In this document: one piece after another, positions 29,635 to 39,142 of the stretch | Layout of the letters: every line of letters begins with the position of its first letter | How positions within the stretch are numbered: the first letter of the stretch is position 1 | From: an uncultured Alphaproteobacteria bacterium | Lineage (GTDB): Bacteria > Pseudomonadota > Alphaproteobacteria > RF32 > CAG-239 | Assembly: GCA_944391395.1 (NCBI GenBank) | Contig: CALXTI010000001.1 | Span: 146,065 to 210,064, forward strand | Length of the DNA stretch: 64,000 nt | Direction: 5' to 3' | Made by a program: the position numbers and the translations under genes | The notes under the pieces: model-generated | The model's database searches: none | What the model was told of the DNA's origin: nothing | What the model saw: only the letters and a program-made list of their open reading frames with translations

Positions 29635-29738
29635 TCCTTATATTTTTAAAACAACATAATCTTTGATTGTTATCATGCACGGTTTTTGCTTAAATTTTGG
29701 TTAAGTGGCAGAAAACAGAGCAAAGATTTTTATCCTTG

Positions 29739-29767
29739 TTGACAAAAACGTCCAAAGGTGCTATCCT
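29739..29767 (+). promoter_or_regulatory. Putative sigma70-type promoter for the 29809 gene
   Basis: TTGACA-17 nt-TATCCT, about 40 nt upstream of the ATG. Confidence 0.3.
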
Positions 29768-29808
29768 GATAAGGTTGAAAATAATTATTAACTAAATAAA
29801 TTAAAACT

Positions 29809-31533
29809 ATGTGGTATTTATTATTATCTTTGATTTTTGCCGCGGTATTCGTGGCAATGTCATGGCAAAAGAATCGTAATATCTTTCCTTTCATCGGAGG
29901 AGGAGTGTTGTTTATCCTGTTTTGGGTAATCAACTATTTTTCGTTGCCGGTTATGAATATCTGGAATAACGGCTTGTGGACGGAGTTCTTGTTCACTATT
30001 GTTCCGGCCGCTATCGCCGGCAGCCTTAGTGAAGACAGGTATTATGAACTAGTCTTCCGCTGGACTTGGCGCTGCTGGGTGGCAATCGCCTATGTTGTCA
30101 TTTTTATCGGTGTCAATCTTGGCTCCGGAGAGATGTTTAACAGCAACAAATATCAAAAGATGCTGTCGGTTGAGGAGGTGAAGTTTGACAACTTCTCTTC
30201 TGATGTGAACGTCATACCGGTTGAGAAAATGCTGGTGGCAGATGCCAACATCGCTCGTAAGGTGGTGGAAGACCGTTTGGAAGAAGACCCCGGTCTCGGC
30301 TCGCGTTGTCAGGTCGGACGAATGACGCTGCAAAACCTCAATGGTTCATTTACCATTGACGGCGGACGCAAACTTGTCTTTGACAATGAGCTGGTCTGGG
30401 TGGCACCGCTAGAACACTCCGGTTTTTGGAAGTGGGTCAACAACGATGTAACCCCTGGGTATATGTTGGTTTATGCCAGCGACCCGACCAAAACATTCCT
30501 GATTACCGAGGTAAACGGTGAGCCGCTTAAAATGCGCTATCTTGAAAGCGCTTGCTTTGGCGAAGACATTGAACGACATATCCGTACCCGCGGTTATGCC
30601 ACCCAAGGTTTGACTGAGCATAATTTCGAGATAGACTTTAACGGTCGTCCTTACTGGGTATTGTGTAACTTTAAGCCGACCATCGGCTTCAAAGGCCGCG
30701 ATGCCAAAGGTGTGATTACCGTTGATATCCAGAGCGGCGAAGTGGCGCAGTACGGAATTGAAGATGCGCCGGCTTGGGTTGACCATATTCAGCCGGAACA
30801 ATTCATCTTCCAGCAGGTTCGCTGTTGGGGTGAATACAAAAAAGGCTGGTGGAACAGTGTTTTTGCCCAAGTGGACGTGCAAAAACCGACACCGGGAATG
30901 GTGCTGGTTTATTCCGAAGGCCAGAGCTACTGGTATACCGGAATGCAGTCTGCTGGCGGCGATGCGGCCACTTCAGGCTTTGTTCTTGTCAACACCCGCA
31001 CCAAAGAAGCACGTTACTATCGTGTTTCCGGCGTTAACGAGGAAGAGGCCAAGAAAATTGCCGAAGATCAGAATTTTGCCAAAGCGGCAAATTATTCGGC
31101 AACCAGTCCGGTGCTTTATAATGTACGCGGCGTGCCGACGTATTTTATGACCTTAATCGGTCAGAGCGGCAATATTACCGGATACGCTTTTGTGGCGGTA
31201 ACCAATCGTCAGGCGGTCGGTGTCGGTTCATCAAAGCGCGAAGCAGAAGTTGAATATTTGACCACGCTCCGCCGCACGATGAATGATGGTATTACCGACG
31301 GACCGGTTACGTCAATGGCAAAAACCATGACCGTAAGAGCCATAACCCGGGAGGGAAATGTTTATTACATTCTCTTTGAAGGGGTCAAAGGCATTGAGTT
31401 TACCGGCTCAACGGAATTTTTCCCAGAGCTTAAGTGGACCAAAGCCGGCGACAAAGTTGAGGTCGCTTACGGTGACGGGTTAAGCAAAGTTGTTCCGCTG
31501 GACAGCTTTGATAATCTGGATTTTGAAATCTAA
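29809..31533 (+). CDS. Membrane protein of unknown function (four N-terminal TM helices plus ~450-aa extracytoplasmic domain)
   Basis: 574 aa. The first ~110 aa are strongly hydrophobic; the remainder is hydrophilic with no recognisable motif. Divergently transcribed from the autotransporter. Confidence 0.5.
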   Translation: MWYLLLSLIFAAVFVAMSWQKNRNIFPFIGGGVLFILFWVINYFSLPVMNIWNNGLWTEFLFTIVPAAIAGSLSEDRYYELVFRWTWRCWVAIAYVVIFIGVNLGSGEMFNSNKYQKMLSVEEVKFDNFSSDVNVIPVEKMLVADANIARKVVEDRLEEDPGLGSRCQVGRMTLQNLNGSFTIDGGRKLVFDNELVWVAPLEHSGFWKWVNNDVTPGYMLVYASDPTKTFLITEVNGEPLKMRYLESACFGEDIERHIRTRGYATQGLTEHNFEIDFNGRPYWVLCNFKPTIGFKGRDAKGVITVDIQSGEVAQYGIEDAPAWVDHIQPEQFIFQQVRCWGEYKKGWWNSVFAQVDVQKPTPGMVLVYSEGQSYWYTGMQSAGGDAATSGFVLVNTRTKEARYYRVSGVNEEEAKKIAEDQNFAKAANYSATSPVLYNVRGVPTYFMTLIGQSGNITGYAFVAVTNRQAVGVGSSKREAEVEYLTTLRRTMNDGITDGPVTSMAKTMTVRAITREGNVYYILFEGVKGIEFTGSTEFFPELKWTKAGDKVEVAYGDGLSKVVPLDSFDNLDFEI

Positions 31534-31537
31534 CAAG

Positions 31538-31576
31538 GCCCCGTTCATCTTTAATGATGAACGGGGTTCTTTTTTC
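31538..31576. terminator. Bidirectional Rho-independent terminator
   Basis: GGCCCCGTTCATC-TTTAA-TGATGAACGGGGTTCTTTTTT, an 11-bp perfect stem. Confidence 0.7.
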
Positions 31577-31584
31577 TTAAAATT

Positions 31585-31728
31585 TTAATATTTCCATTCT
31601 TCTTTTTCGATTTCGACGACTTCTTCTTTATCCGCCGGTTTTGAAGATTTGCAACCGCAACCACCTTTGGCGGAAGCTTTTTTGGTCTCTTTGGTTGATG
31701 AACGCATGTTTTCCTTTTGTTTTTTCAT
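31585..31728 (-). CDS. Unannotated small ORF (47 aa, Lys/Glu-rich with GGCGCK motif)
   Basis: ATG preceded by a perfect GGAGG SD at 6-nt spacing. Translation MKKQKENMRSSTKETKKASAKGGCGCKSSKPADKEEVVEIEKEEWKY. Lies between two terminators. Not in the ORF track because it is shorter than 60 aa. Confidence 0.35.
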   Translation of the reverse strand: MKKQKENMRSSTKETKKASAKGGCGCKSSKPADKEEVVEIEKEEWKY

Positions 31729-31884
31729 AATTTCCTCCTGATGTTTTGTTTTAAATATTCAAACTGTTTGCAATTTGTTTTTGCGTTCTTAAAAATAAGC
31801 CCGGATTTTGAAATTTTAATCTAAACATTCGGTTAGAAACAAAAAAACCGCCCGTATCGGGCGGCTAAAAATTTTATCAAAATT

Positions 31885-33651
31885 TTATTTGTTATCCAAA
31901 TCCAGTTTGATGTGCAATTCTTTCAACTGTTCTTCGGTAACAGTGTTCGGCGCTTGCATCATTAAGTCTTGCGCCTTGCCGTTGAGCGGAAAGATTATCA
32001 CGTCGCGGATAATCGGCTCGTCAAGCAAAAGCATGACCGTGCGGTCAATCCCCGGAGCGCAGCCGGCGTGCGGCGGAGCGCCGTATTTGAAAGCATTAAT
32101 CATGCCGCCGAACTTGTTGTCCACCACGCTGTGGTCGTAACCGGCAATTTCAAAAGCTTTGTACATGATTTCCGGCTGATGATTTCTGACCGCGCCCGAG
32201 GCAAGTTCCACTCCGTTGCAGACCATGTCATACTGATAAGCCAGAATTTCCAGCGGATTTTTGTTCAATAAAGCGTCTAAACCGCCCTGCGGCATGGAAA
32301 ACGGATTGTGCGAAAATTCCACTTTTCCGGTTTCTTCGTTTTCTTCATACATCGGAAAATCAACAATCCAGCAGAGTTTGAACGCGTTATAATCAAACAA
32401 GCCCAATTCTTCGCCGAGTTTGTTGCGGACTTTACCGGCAAACTTGTTGATAAGCTTCGGGGTGCCGCCCATAAACAGCACGGCGTCGCCGTCTTGTATC
32501 GCAAATGTTTGTTTCAGTTCATTTAATTTTTCTTCGGATAAAAATTTGGCGATACCTTTGGCGCCGGCGGAAGAGAAGGCGACATAGGCCATACCGCCCA
32601 TTCCTTCTTCTTTGGCGTAAGCGTCAAACTTATCAAAGAACGAACGCGGCTTGTCGCCGGCATTGGGCGCGGCTATGGCACGGATTTGTTCGCCGTTTGC
32701 TGCTTTTGTGTCATACAGTCCAAAGCCGGAATTGTTAAAAAACGCGGTTGCATCGGCAATGACGAGCGGATTGCGCAAATCCGGCTTGTCGGAGCCGTAT
32801 TTTAACATCGCTTCTTTAAACGGAATCCGAATAAACGGGGCTTGGTCAACTTTTTTGCCGTTGGCGAATTTGTTGAAAATGCCGCCCATGGTGTGTTCCA
32901 AAACCTTAAAAACATCTTCTTGCGTGGCAAAAGACATTTCCATATCCAGTTGATAAAATTCTCCAGGGCTACGGTCGGCTCTGGGGTCTTCATCACGGAA
33001 GCACGGTGCAATCTGAAAATACTTGTCAAAGCCGGAAACCATCAACAACTGTTTGAACTGTTGCGGGGCTTGCGGCAGAGCGTAAAATTTGCCGGGGTTG
33101 ATGCGCGACGGCACCAAAAAGTCGCGCGCGCCTTCCGGCGACGAGGCTGTCAAAATCGGTGTCTGATATTCGGTAAAACCTTGTTCGGTCATCAGACGGC
33201 GCATTTCGGCAATCACTTTTGAACGCAAGATAATGTTGTTATGGATGCGCTCTTTGCGCAAATCCAAAAAGCGGTATTTCAAGCGCAGTTCCTCAGGGGC
33301 GTCATCTTCGCCGAAAACCTGAATCGGCAAAACATCGGCGGCGGAATACACCTCCATGGATTTTGCTTTGAGCTCAATTTCGCCGGTCGGCATATTTTTG
33401 TTGATGCTTTCACGCACGGCGACTTCGCCGACAAACCCGACCACGCTTTCCACACGAGTGTTTTCAATTTTTTCAAACAAATCGGACGAGGAATCCACCA
33501 CGCATTGGGTTATGCCGTAATGGTCGCGCAAATCAACAAAGCACAAATTTCCCAAATTGCGTTTGCGGTGTATCCAACCGGCCAGCTTGACTTGTTTGCC
33601 GGCGTCTTCGCGGCGCAGTTCGCCGCAGGTGTGAGTCCGATATTCGTTCAT
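31885..33651 (-). CDS. aspS: Aspartyl-tRNA synthetase
   Basis: 588 aa bacterial-type AspRS with class II motifs and a GAD insertion domain. Confidence 0.95.
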   Translation of the reverse strand: MNEYRTHTCGELRREDAGKQVKLAGWIHRKRNLGNLCFVDLRDHYGITQCVVDSSSDLFEKIENTRVESVVGFVGEVAVRESINKNMPTGEIELKAKSMEVYSAADVLPIQVFGEDDAPEELRLKYRFLDLRKERIHNNIILRSKVIAEMRRLMTEQGFTEYQTPILTASSPEGARDFLVPSRINPGKFYALPQAPQQFKQLLMVSGFDKYFQIAPCFRDEDPRADRSPGEFYQLDMEMSFATQEDVFKVLEHTMGGIFNKFANGKKVDQAPFIRIPFKEAMLKYGSDKPDLRNPLVIADATAFFNNSGFGLYDTKAANGEQIRAIAAPNAGDKPRSFFDKFDAYAKEEGMGGMAYVAFSSAGAKGIAKFLSEEKLNELKQTFAIQDGDAVLFMGGTPKLINKFAGKVRNKLGEELGLFDYNAFKLCWIVDFPMYEENEETGKVEFSHNPFSMPQGGLDALLNKNPLEILAYQYDMVCNGVELASGAVRNHQPEIMYKAFEIAGYDHSVVDNKFGGMINAFKYGAPPHAGCAPGIDRTVMLLLDEPIIRDVIIFPLNGKAQDLMMQAPNTVTEEQLKELHIKLDLDNK

Positions 33652-33781
33652 TTTTTCCTCAAATTTTTATTAAAACAGCTTTTTTGTTTTTAGAGCCGTT
33701 TTGCAATAAAAGCAACAATAAAATTAAAAAAATATTAAGCAATCCGGCGTATTTTTAAAAACCAACCGAAGAGAGATACTG

Positions 33782-35020
33782 ATGAGAATAATTGAAAATA
33801 CAGAAGCCTTAAACGCACTTTGTTCGGAGTTGCGACAACAATCGTTTATCACCGTGGATTCAGAATTTGTGCGCGAGAAAACATATTATCCGAAATTGTG
33901 TTTGCTGCAAATCGGTTGGGTTGATGATGCCGCGATTGTTGACCCGTTGGCGCCGGATATGGATTTTGCGGCGTTTTTTGAAATTCTGGCGGATGAAAAA
34001 ATTTTGAAAGTTTTTCACTCCGGCCGGCAGGATATTGAAATTTTTTATAATATGAGCGGCAAAATTCCGACTCCGGTTTTTGATACGCAAATTGCCGCTA
34101 TGGTCTGCGGATTTGGTCCTTCCGTCAGTTATGACAATTTGGTGCGCGCGATTACCAAAGTTGATTTGGATAAGTCCAGTCGTTTGACCGATTGGAGCAA
34201 ACGACCGCTCGCCACAAAGCAACTGGAATATGCATTGCGTGATGTGACGTTTTTGGTTCCGTGTTATCAACATCTTGCCGCTTATTTGCGTGAACATGGT
34301 CGTGAACATTGGATTGATGAGGAAACAGCGGCTTTGTGCGATGAAAACATTTATAAGCCCGATCCGGATAATGCGTGGTTAAAAATTCGTCATTCGGCAC
34401 ATAGTCCGCAGTTTTTGGCGATGCTCAAAGAACTGGCAGCATGGCGGGAAAGGCGCGCCATGAAATGTAATACGCCGCGGCAGTCAATTTTAAAAGACGA
34501 GATGCTTGTCAATATTGCCGCGGTGGCGCCGAAAACGCTTGAGGATATGGAAAAAGTACGCAATATTCATCAAGATGTCATCAAGGGTAAATTGGGAAAA
34601 GAAATCTTGGAAGTCTTAGGCCTGGCGCGGCAAATGCCTTTTGGCGGCGAGCTGCGGAAGATTGAGCGTGAACGGCAAACAAACATTCCGAGTTCAGCAG
34701 GTGCTTTGATGGAGGTTTTGCGCTTGCTGCTAAAGATTAAAAGCGAACAAAATAATGTTGTTTCATATATTATCGCATCAGAAAAAAACTTACGGGATAT
34801 TGCCTGCGGCACCGATGATAAAAACAATCCGGCTTTGAACGGCTGGCGTTATGAAATTTTCGGGCAGTATGCTTTGGCTTTTCGTAAAGGATTGGCAACC
34901 ATTCGTTATGATACCGTCAACAAAGAAATCGTCATAGATATAGTAAAAAAAAGCCGCGGACAATTAAAGAAAACAAATGAAAAAGAAGAAAGCCCCGCCG
35001 CAAATCCGGACGAGGCTTGA
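33782..35020 (+). CDS. rnd: Ribonuclease D
   Basis: DEDDy 3'-5' exonuclease domain (ITVDSEF...LLQIG), HRDC region, and a long C-terminal extension as in alphaproteobacterial RNase D. Confidence 0.8.
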   Translation: MRIIENTEALNALCSELRQQSFITVDSEFVREKTYYPKLCLLQIGWVDDAAIVDPLAPDMDFAAFFEILADEKILKVFHSGRQDIEIFYNMSGKIPTPVFDTQIAAMVCGFGPSVSYDNLVRAITKVDLDKSSRLTDWSKRPLATKQLEYALRDVTFLVPCYQHLAAYLREHGREHWIDEETAALCDENIYKPDPDNAWLKIRHSAHSPQFLAMLKELAAWRERRAMKCNTPRQSILKDEMLVNIAAVAPKTLEDMEKVRNIHQDVIKGKLGKEILEVLGLARQMPFGGELRKIERERQTNIPSSAGALMEVLRLLLKIKSEQNNVVSYIIASEKNLRDIACGTDDKNNPALNGWRYEIFGQYALAFRKGLATIRYDTVNKEIVIDIVKKSRGQLKKTNEKEESPAANPDEA

Positions 35021-35042
35021 TAGAGAAAATCAAAAAATATAT

Positions 35043-35249
35043 CTATGATAAAATCCGGATATCGCCGGCTGCGCTACGCCCTCTGTCATCATAAATTTCA
35101 TAACTGACTTTTTGTCCGTCATATAATTTTTTAATGCCTTTTTCTTCCAACTTGGTAACATGAACAAAAATATCTTTGCCGCCGGTTTCAGGTTGAATAA
35201 AGCCATATCCCTTTTTGGTGTTAAACCATTTTACAGTACCCGTAGACAT
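35043..35249 (-). CDS. Cold-shock protein, CspA family
   Basis: 68 aa. MSTGTVKWFNTKKGYGFIQPE...DIFVH. Confidence 0.9.
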   Translation of the reverse strand: MSTGTVKWFNTKKGYGFIQPETGGKDIFVHVTKLEEKGIKKLYDGQKVSYEIYDDRGRSAAGDIRILS

Positions 35250-35389
35250 AACGTCTCCTTTCTTTGTTTATATATAGCTTGTTTTACAAAATAGTCCGCC
35301 TATATATAGTAACAAGAAAAGAATATGACAAAAAGGCAACTCTGTCAAGTAAAAATATACGTTTTGACTGACACACACTCTAAAGTTGC

Positions 35390-35767
35390 TCAAAGATTGG
35401 TGTCTTCTATCTTAAATTTTATTTTCATATTGTTGATGTATTCCGCGCGGGATGGAAATTTCTTATGTTCTTCGGCGTAAGAATCCAAAACGTGAAGTAT
35501 GGCTTTTTTATATTTCGGTTCATTGGCGGCGATGACGCACAAGTAAAAAACGGCGGCTTCAAACACTTGTTGCTTGTCGGTGCCGAGTTGGGCGGCAACC
35601 GCGACATACGGCGGCGTGCAGCTTTTTTCGAATTCCTTTTTGGAGATAATGTAGCTGGTTTTCTGGATGGCGTTGGCTTGACGAGGGGTAATTTCATCTT
35701 CCGGCGCGTCTTTTGCCCACCACAATTTGAAAAATTCTATAATTTTTTTATTTGCACTTTTGAACAT
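35390..35767 (-). CDS. Hypothetical protein
   Basis: 125 aa ORF with no recognisable motif. Confidence 0.35.
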   Translation of the reverse strand: MFKSANKKIIEFFKLWWAKDAPEDEITPRQANAIQKTSYIISKKEFEKSCTPPYVAVAAQLGTDKQQVFEAAVFYLCVIAANEPKYKKAILHVLDSYAEEHKKFPSRAEYINNMKIKFKIEDTNL

Positions 35768-35881
35768 GGCTTTCTCCTTTAATTTTATCTGAAGAATAAC
35801 AGAGTTTTTATGAAAAAGATACTAAAAAAACATTTGACTTCTTAAATAAAAAAGCGTATGAAAGTTTCACGATTTGCTTAT

Positions 35882-35955
35882 TGCTTTGTCGTCTAATGGT
35901 AGGACAGCGGACTCTGACTCCGTTAATCTTGGTTCGAATCCAGGCAAAGCAGCCA
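35882..35955 (+). tRNA. tRNA-Gln (anticodon CUG)
   Basis: Acceptor TGCTTTG/CAAAGCA, 3-bp D-stem, anticodon loop CTCTGAC, T-arm CTTGGTTCGAATCCAGG, encoded CCA. Confidence 0.8.
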
Positions 35956-35960
35956 CTAAA

Positions 35961-36316
35961 AAACCCTCTTTATGAGGGTTTTTTAGTGGCTGCTTTGTCA
36001 TTGGACGAGAAGCAATGTTCGGAATCGCGATGCCCGCCGGAAAATGTCGGCGGGCGGAAAGATGGCGGCTGCCTTTGGAAAAGGTCAGCCGCCTATCCAG
36101 GCAATTATGCTTGAGGCAAGTAGATTTATAATGAAACACAAACCCTCTTTATGAGGGTTTTTTAGTGGCTGCTTTGTCATTGGACGAGAAGCAATGTTCG
36201 GAATCGCGATGCCCGCCGGAAAATGTCGGCGGGCGGAAAGATGGCGGCTGCCTTTGGAAAAGGTCAGCCGCCTATCCAGGCAATTATGCTTGAGGCAAGT
36301 AGATTTATAATGAAAC
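35961..36316. repeat. Perfect tandem duplication of a 178-bp unit immediately downstream of tRNA-Gln
   Basis: Unit 1 (35961-36138) and unit 2 (36139-36316) are identical by eye. Each unit holds three perfect hairpins (AAACCCTC/GAGGGTTT; GCCCGCCG/CGGCGGGC; GGCGGCTG/CAGCCGCC) and an 11-nt inverted copy of the tRNA 3' end (TGGCTGCTTTG). With unit 1, the tRNA 3' end completes a 24-bp perfect palindrome. Confidence 0.85.
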
Positions 36317-36419
36317 GTTCTCAATACCTATCCGGTTTATTCCTTCGGCGGTATAAATTTCAACTTGAAAATGATTAAGCGACAAGCGTTATAGAAAATC
36401 AGATAGTTAAAGGTTTGTC

Positions 36420-36545
36420 TTGCAAAAAATGTAAATATTCACCATTTTATGTTGTAAAAAATGTAAATATTTGCTATTTTATGTTGCAAAAAATGTAAAT
36501 AAGCGCTATATTTATGTTGTAAAAAATGTTATTTCGCTCATTTGG
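36420..36545 (+). repeat. Four tandem ~32-bp direct repeats (TTG[C/T]AAAAAATGTAAATA...) upstream of the DUF4143 ATPase gene
   Basis: Repeat starts at 36420, 36452, 36484 and 36517, each with an 18-20 nt conserved core. They end 10 nt before the ATPase SD. Confidence 0.7.
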
Positions 36546-36555
36546 AGAAAAAATT

Positions 36556-37863
36556 ATGAAAAGAACTGTCTTTAACGGCCTTGTTAAATGGAAGAACAAG
36601 CCAAATCGTAAGCCTTTGATTTTACAAGGTGCAAGACAGGTCGGCAAAACTTGGCTTATGCAGGAGTTCGGCAAACAAGAATATAAAAAAACCGCTTATA
36701 TCAATTTTGATAAAAACGAAAATATGAAAAATTTATTTTCTCAAGATATGGATGTGCAACGGCTTTTAAGAGGTTTAGCGCTGGAATCCGATACACAAAT
36801 AACTCCAAATGACACATTGATTATTTTTGATGAAATCCAAGAAAATCCTAATGCTCTTAATTCCTTAAAATATTTCTACGAGCAGGTTCCGGAATATCAT
36901 ATCATTGCCGCAGGAAGTTTATTGGGTGTTGCGTTGACACATCACGGACAGTCTTTTCCGGTCGGTAAAGTTGAATTTATGAATATTTTTCCGATGTCTT
37001 TTTATGAATTTCTGGGAGCTATCGGCGAAGATGATTTTTGTAAGATATTAAAACAAAACGATTTTGAGATTATTAAGAGTTTTAAAAATAAATATGAAGA
37101 TTTTTTGCGGCAATATCTCTTCGTTGGCGGAATGCCGGAAGCTGTGGCTCATTTTGCACAATATCGTGATTTTAACGAAGTACGCAACATTCAAAACAAC
37201 CTGTTGCGCGCATACGAAGAAGATTTTAGCAAGCATATTGATAAATCCAATATCGCCAAAGTTAATATGATTTGGAACGCTGTTCCTTCGCAAATCGCTA
37301 AAGAAAACCAAAAATTCATTTATGGACAACTTAAAGCCGGCGCTCGTGCTGCTGAATTTGAAAATGCCTTAACGTGGTTAAAAGAAACCGGCTTGGTCTA
37401 TCCTATCACCAAAATATCAAAACCAGATTTGCCATTGTCCGGTTATGAAGACAGAAGTTTTTTCAAACTGTATATGTTAGATGTCGGACTTCTTTGTGCA
37501 AAAAGTTTGCTTCCGGCAAAAGCACTATTGGAAGGCAATCGTATATTTGAAGAATTTAAAGGCGCACTGACAGAACAATATGTATTGCAACAAATAAAAA
37601 CTTTAGACAACACTCCTGTTTATTATTGGACTGGCCGGACTTCTGAGATTGACTTTGTTATTCAGAAAGATGATTTCGTTATACCAGTAGAAGTAAAGGC
37701 CGGAATTAATCTGAAAGCACGAAGCCTGACAACCTATCAAGATAAATATCATCCTTTGAAATCCATTCGCACTTCTCTGGCTGATTTTAAAATAAACGAT
37801 AATTTATATGATATTCCTCTTTATCTTATTGAAAATCTAAATCAGATTATTGATGAATACTAG
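36556..37863 (+). CDS. AAA-superfamily ATPase (AAA_14 N-terminal domain plus DUF4143-type C-terminal domain)
   Basis: Walker A GARQVGKTWL and Walker B LIIFDEIQ, with a C-terminal DUF4143-like region. AT-rich. Start set at the ATG (36556) that follows the GGAGA SD. Confidence 0.65.
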   Translation: MKRTVFNGLVKWKNKPNRKPLILQGARQVGKTWLMQEFGKQEYKKTAYINFDKNENMKNLFSQDMDVQRLLRGLALESDTQITPNDTLIIFDEIQENPNALNSLKYFYEQVPEYHIIAAGSLLGVALTHHGQSFPVGKVEFMNIFPMSFYEFLGAIGEDDFCKILKQNDFEIIKSFKNKYEDFLRQYLFVGGMPEAVAHFAQYRDFNEVRNIQNNLLRAYEEDFSKHIDKSNIAKVNMIWNAVPSQIAKENQKFIYGQLKAGARAAEFENALTWLKETGLVYPITKISKPDLPLSGYEDRSFFKLYMLDVGLLCAKSLLPAKALLEGNRIFEEFKGALTEQYVLQQIKTLDNTPVYYWTGRTSEIDFVIQKDDFVIPVEVKAGINLKARSLTTYQDKYHPLKSIRTSLADFKINDNLYDIPLYLIENLNQIIDEY

Positions 37864-38183
37864 TGGTTGTTTCTAACAGATGTTGTTTTTTATGACCAAA
37901 GGCATATTACCTTTGTTTTCTTGACTTTGACGCGTGTCTTTTTTATCCTGAAAGCAGGATGGCCGGGTTGGCTGTCTCGGAACTAAACAATTCCTTGATA
38001 AAGCGTCTTATTGGTATGGGACGTAAAATTTTATGCCTGCCGGTCGAATGACCGGAAGGCGGTAGAATAAGCCTTGCGGTCAATATACCGCGCTATTTCT
38101 TTATCATAGTTGTTTACTTCCGGTCGCTTTTGAATTTTGAAAGCGATTTTTTTTAAGTTTCACTTACAAAAAGGAAGGTTACT

Positions 38184-38849
38184 ATGAAATATATTAATGA
38201 AAACGGCCGTTCCATGGTCGAAATGCTGGGCGTTTTGGCGATTATCGGCGTCTTGTCCGTCGGTGGTATCGCCGGTTATTCCAAAGCCATGAACAAATAC
38301 AAAATCAACAAAACCAACGATCAGGTTTCAATGTTGGTCGCCAACATCCGCACCCTGTTCTCCTCGCAGAACAACTATGAAGGTTTGAATAATGCCCAGG
38401 CGATTAAATTCGGTGTGGTCCCGAATGATATGTATGAATCAAGCACAAGCAGTACGGTAACTGTTGATGATATAAAAAATGCTTTTGGTGGCGCGGTCTT
38501 TATTAACGCGAGCGGTACGGATGCTGCGCATCTAACTTCGGCGTTTATCGTTGAATATCAAAACATTCCGGAAGAAGCCTGCGTCAACATTTTGACCTCG
38601 GACTGGGGTTCCGGTCAGGGGTCCGGCTTGATTGCTATCGGTGTTGAGGCAACTGCAACCGTTGCTGCTGGAGGTTCTGCTTCAGCGGGAGATTTGTTGA
38701 ATGATATCTATGTCGGCGATGCCGGTGCTTCCGGTGATGATGGTTCTATTGGTACGCCGGGTGGTACGGCACAGTCCGCACCGTTTGCGGTCAGCGAAGC
38801 GATTGATGCTTGCGGTACGGCTAATACCATTTATTGGAAGTACTATTAA
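38184..38849 (+). CDS. Type IV pilin-like protein (class III signal peptide, G/A/S-rich C-terminus)
   Basis: N-terminus MKYINENGRSMVEMLGVLAIIGVLSVGGIAGY, with the prepilin cleavage motif G|RSMVE (Glu at +5) and a hydrophobic helix. C-terminal low-complexity Gly/Ala/Ser/Asp region. Confidence 0.55.
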   Translation: MKYINENGRSMVEMLGVLAIIGVLSVGGIAGYSKAMNKYKINKTNDQVSMLVANIRTLFSSQNNYEGLNNAQAIKFGVVPNDMYESSTSSTVTVDDIKNAFGGAVFINASGTDAAHLTSAFIVEYQNIPEEACVNILTSDWGSGQGSGLIAIGVEATATVAAGGSASAGDLLNDIYVGDAGASGDDGSIGTPGGTAQSAPFAVSEAIDACGTANTIYWKYY

Positions 38850-39142
38850 TATAAGCAGGTTTTATGCTTAAAAGCGGCAATCCCTATAAGCGGCTTTCGG
38901 GCATAAAAAAACGAAAATATTGTTTCAAAGCGGTTCCCTAGCCGCGGCAAAATAATATTTTCCCCTAAAAAAACTCCCGTAACAAACGTTGCGGGAGTTT
39001 CCTTTTGCCCCTGCCGACCATCCGTTCGTTCGGTAAAAATATGACAGGGAAAAGAACACGGCTGTTCGGTGGCCGCCTGGCGGAAAACAAAAATTAAAGG
39101 CTTTTTGAAACTCAAAAAGCCTTTTCAAAATGGTTGAGCTTT

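Noticed and set aside
35867-36324. ORF-track proteins 35867-36139 (-), 36085-36324 (-) and 35881-36114 (+) overlapping tRNA-Gln and the 178-bp repeats
   Set aside because: They overlap a tRNA and each other. Their duplicated peptide (…TKQPLKNPHKEG…) just mirrors the DNA repeat. No SD; almost certainly non-coding.
36420-36545. The four 32-bp direct repeats considered as a mini CRISPR array
   Set aside because: The variable parts between conserved cores are only ~12 nt, far shorter than CRISPR spacers. There are no cas genes in the window. The repeats are imperfect. They look like iteron or operator-type repeats instead.
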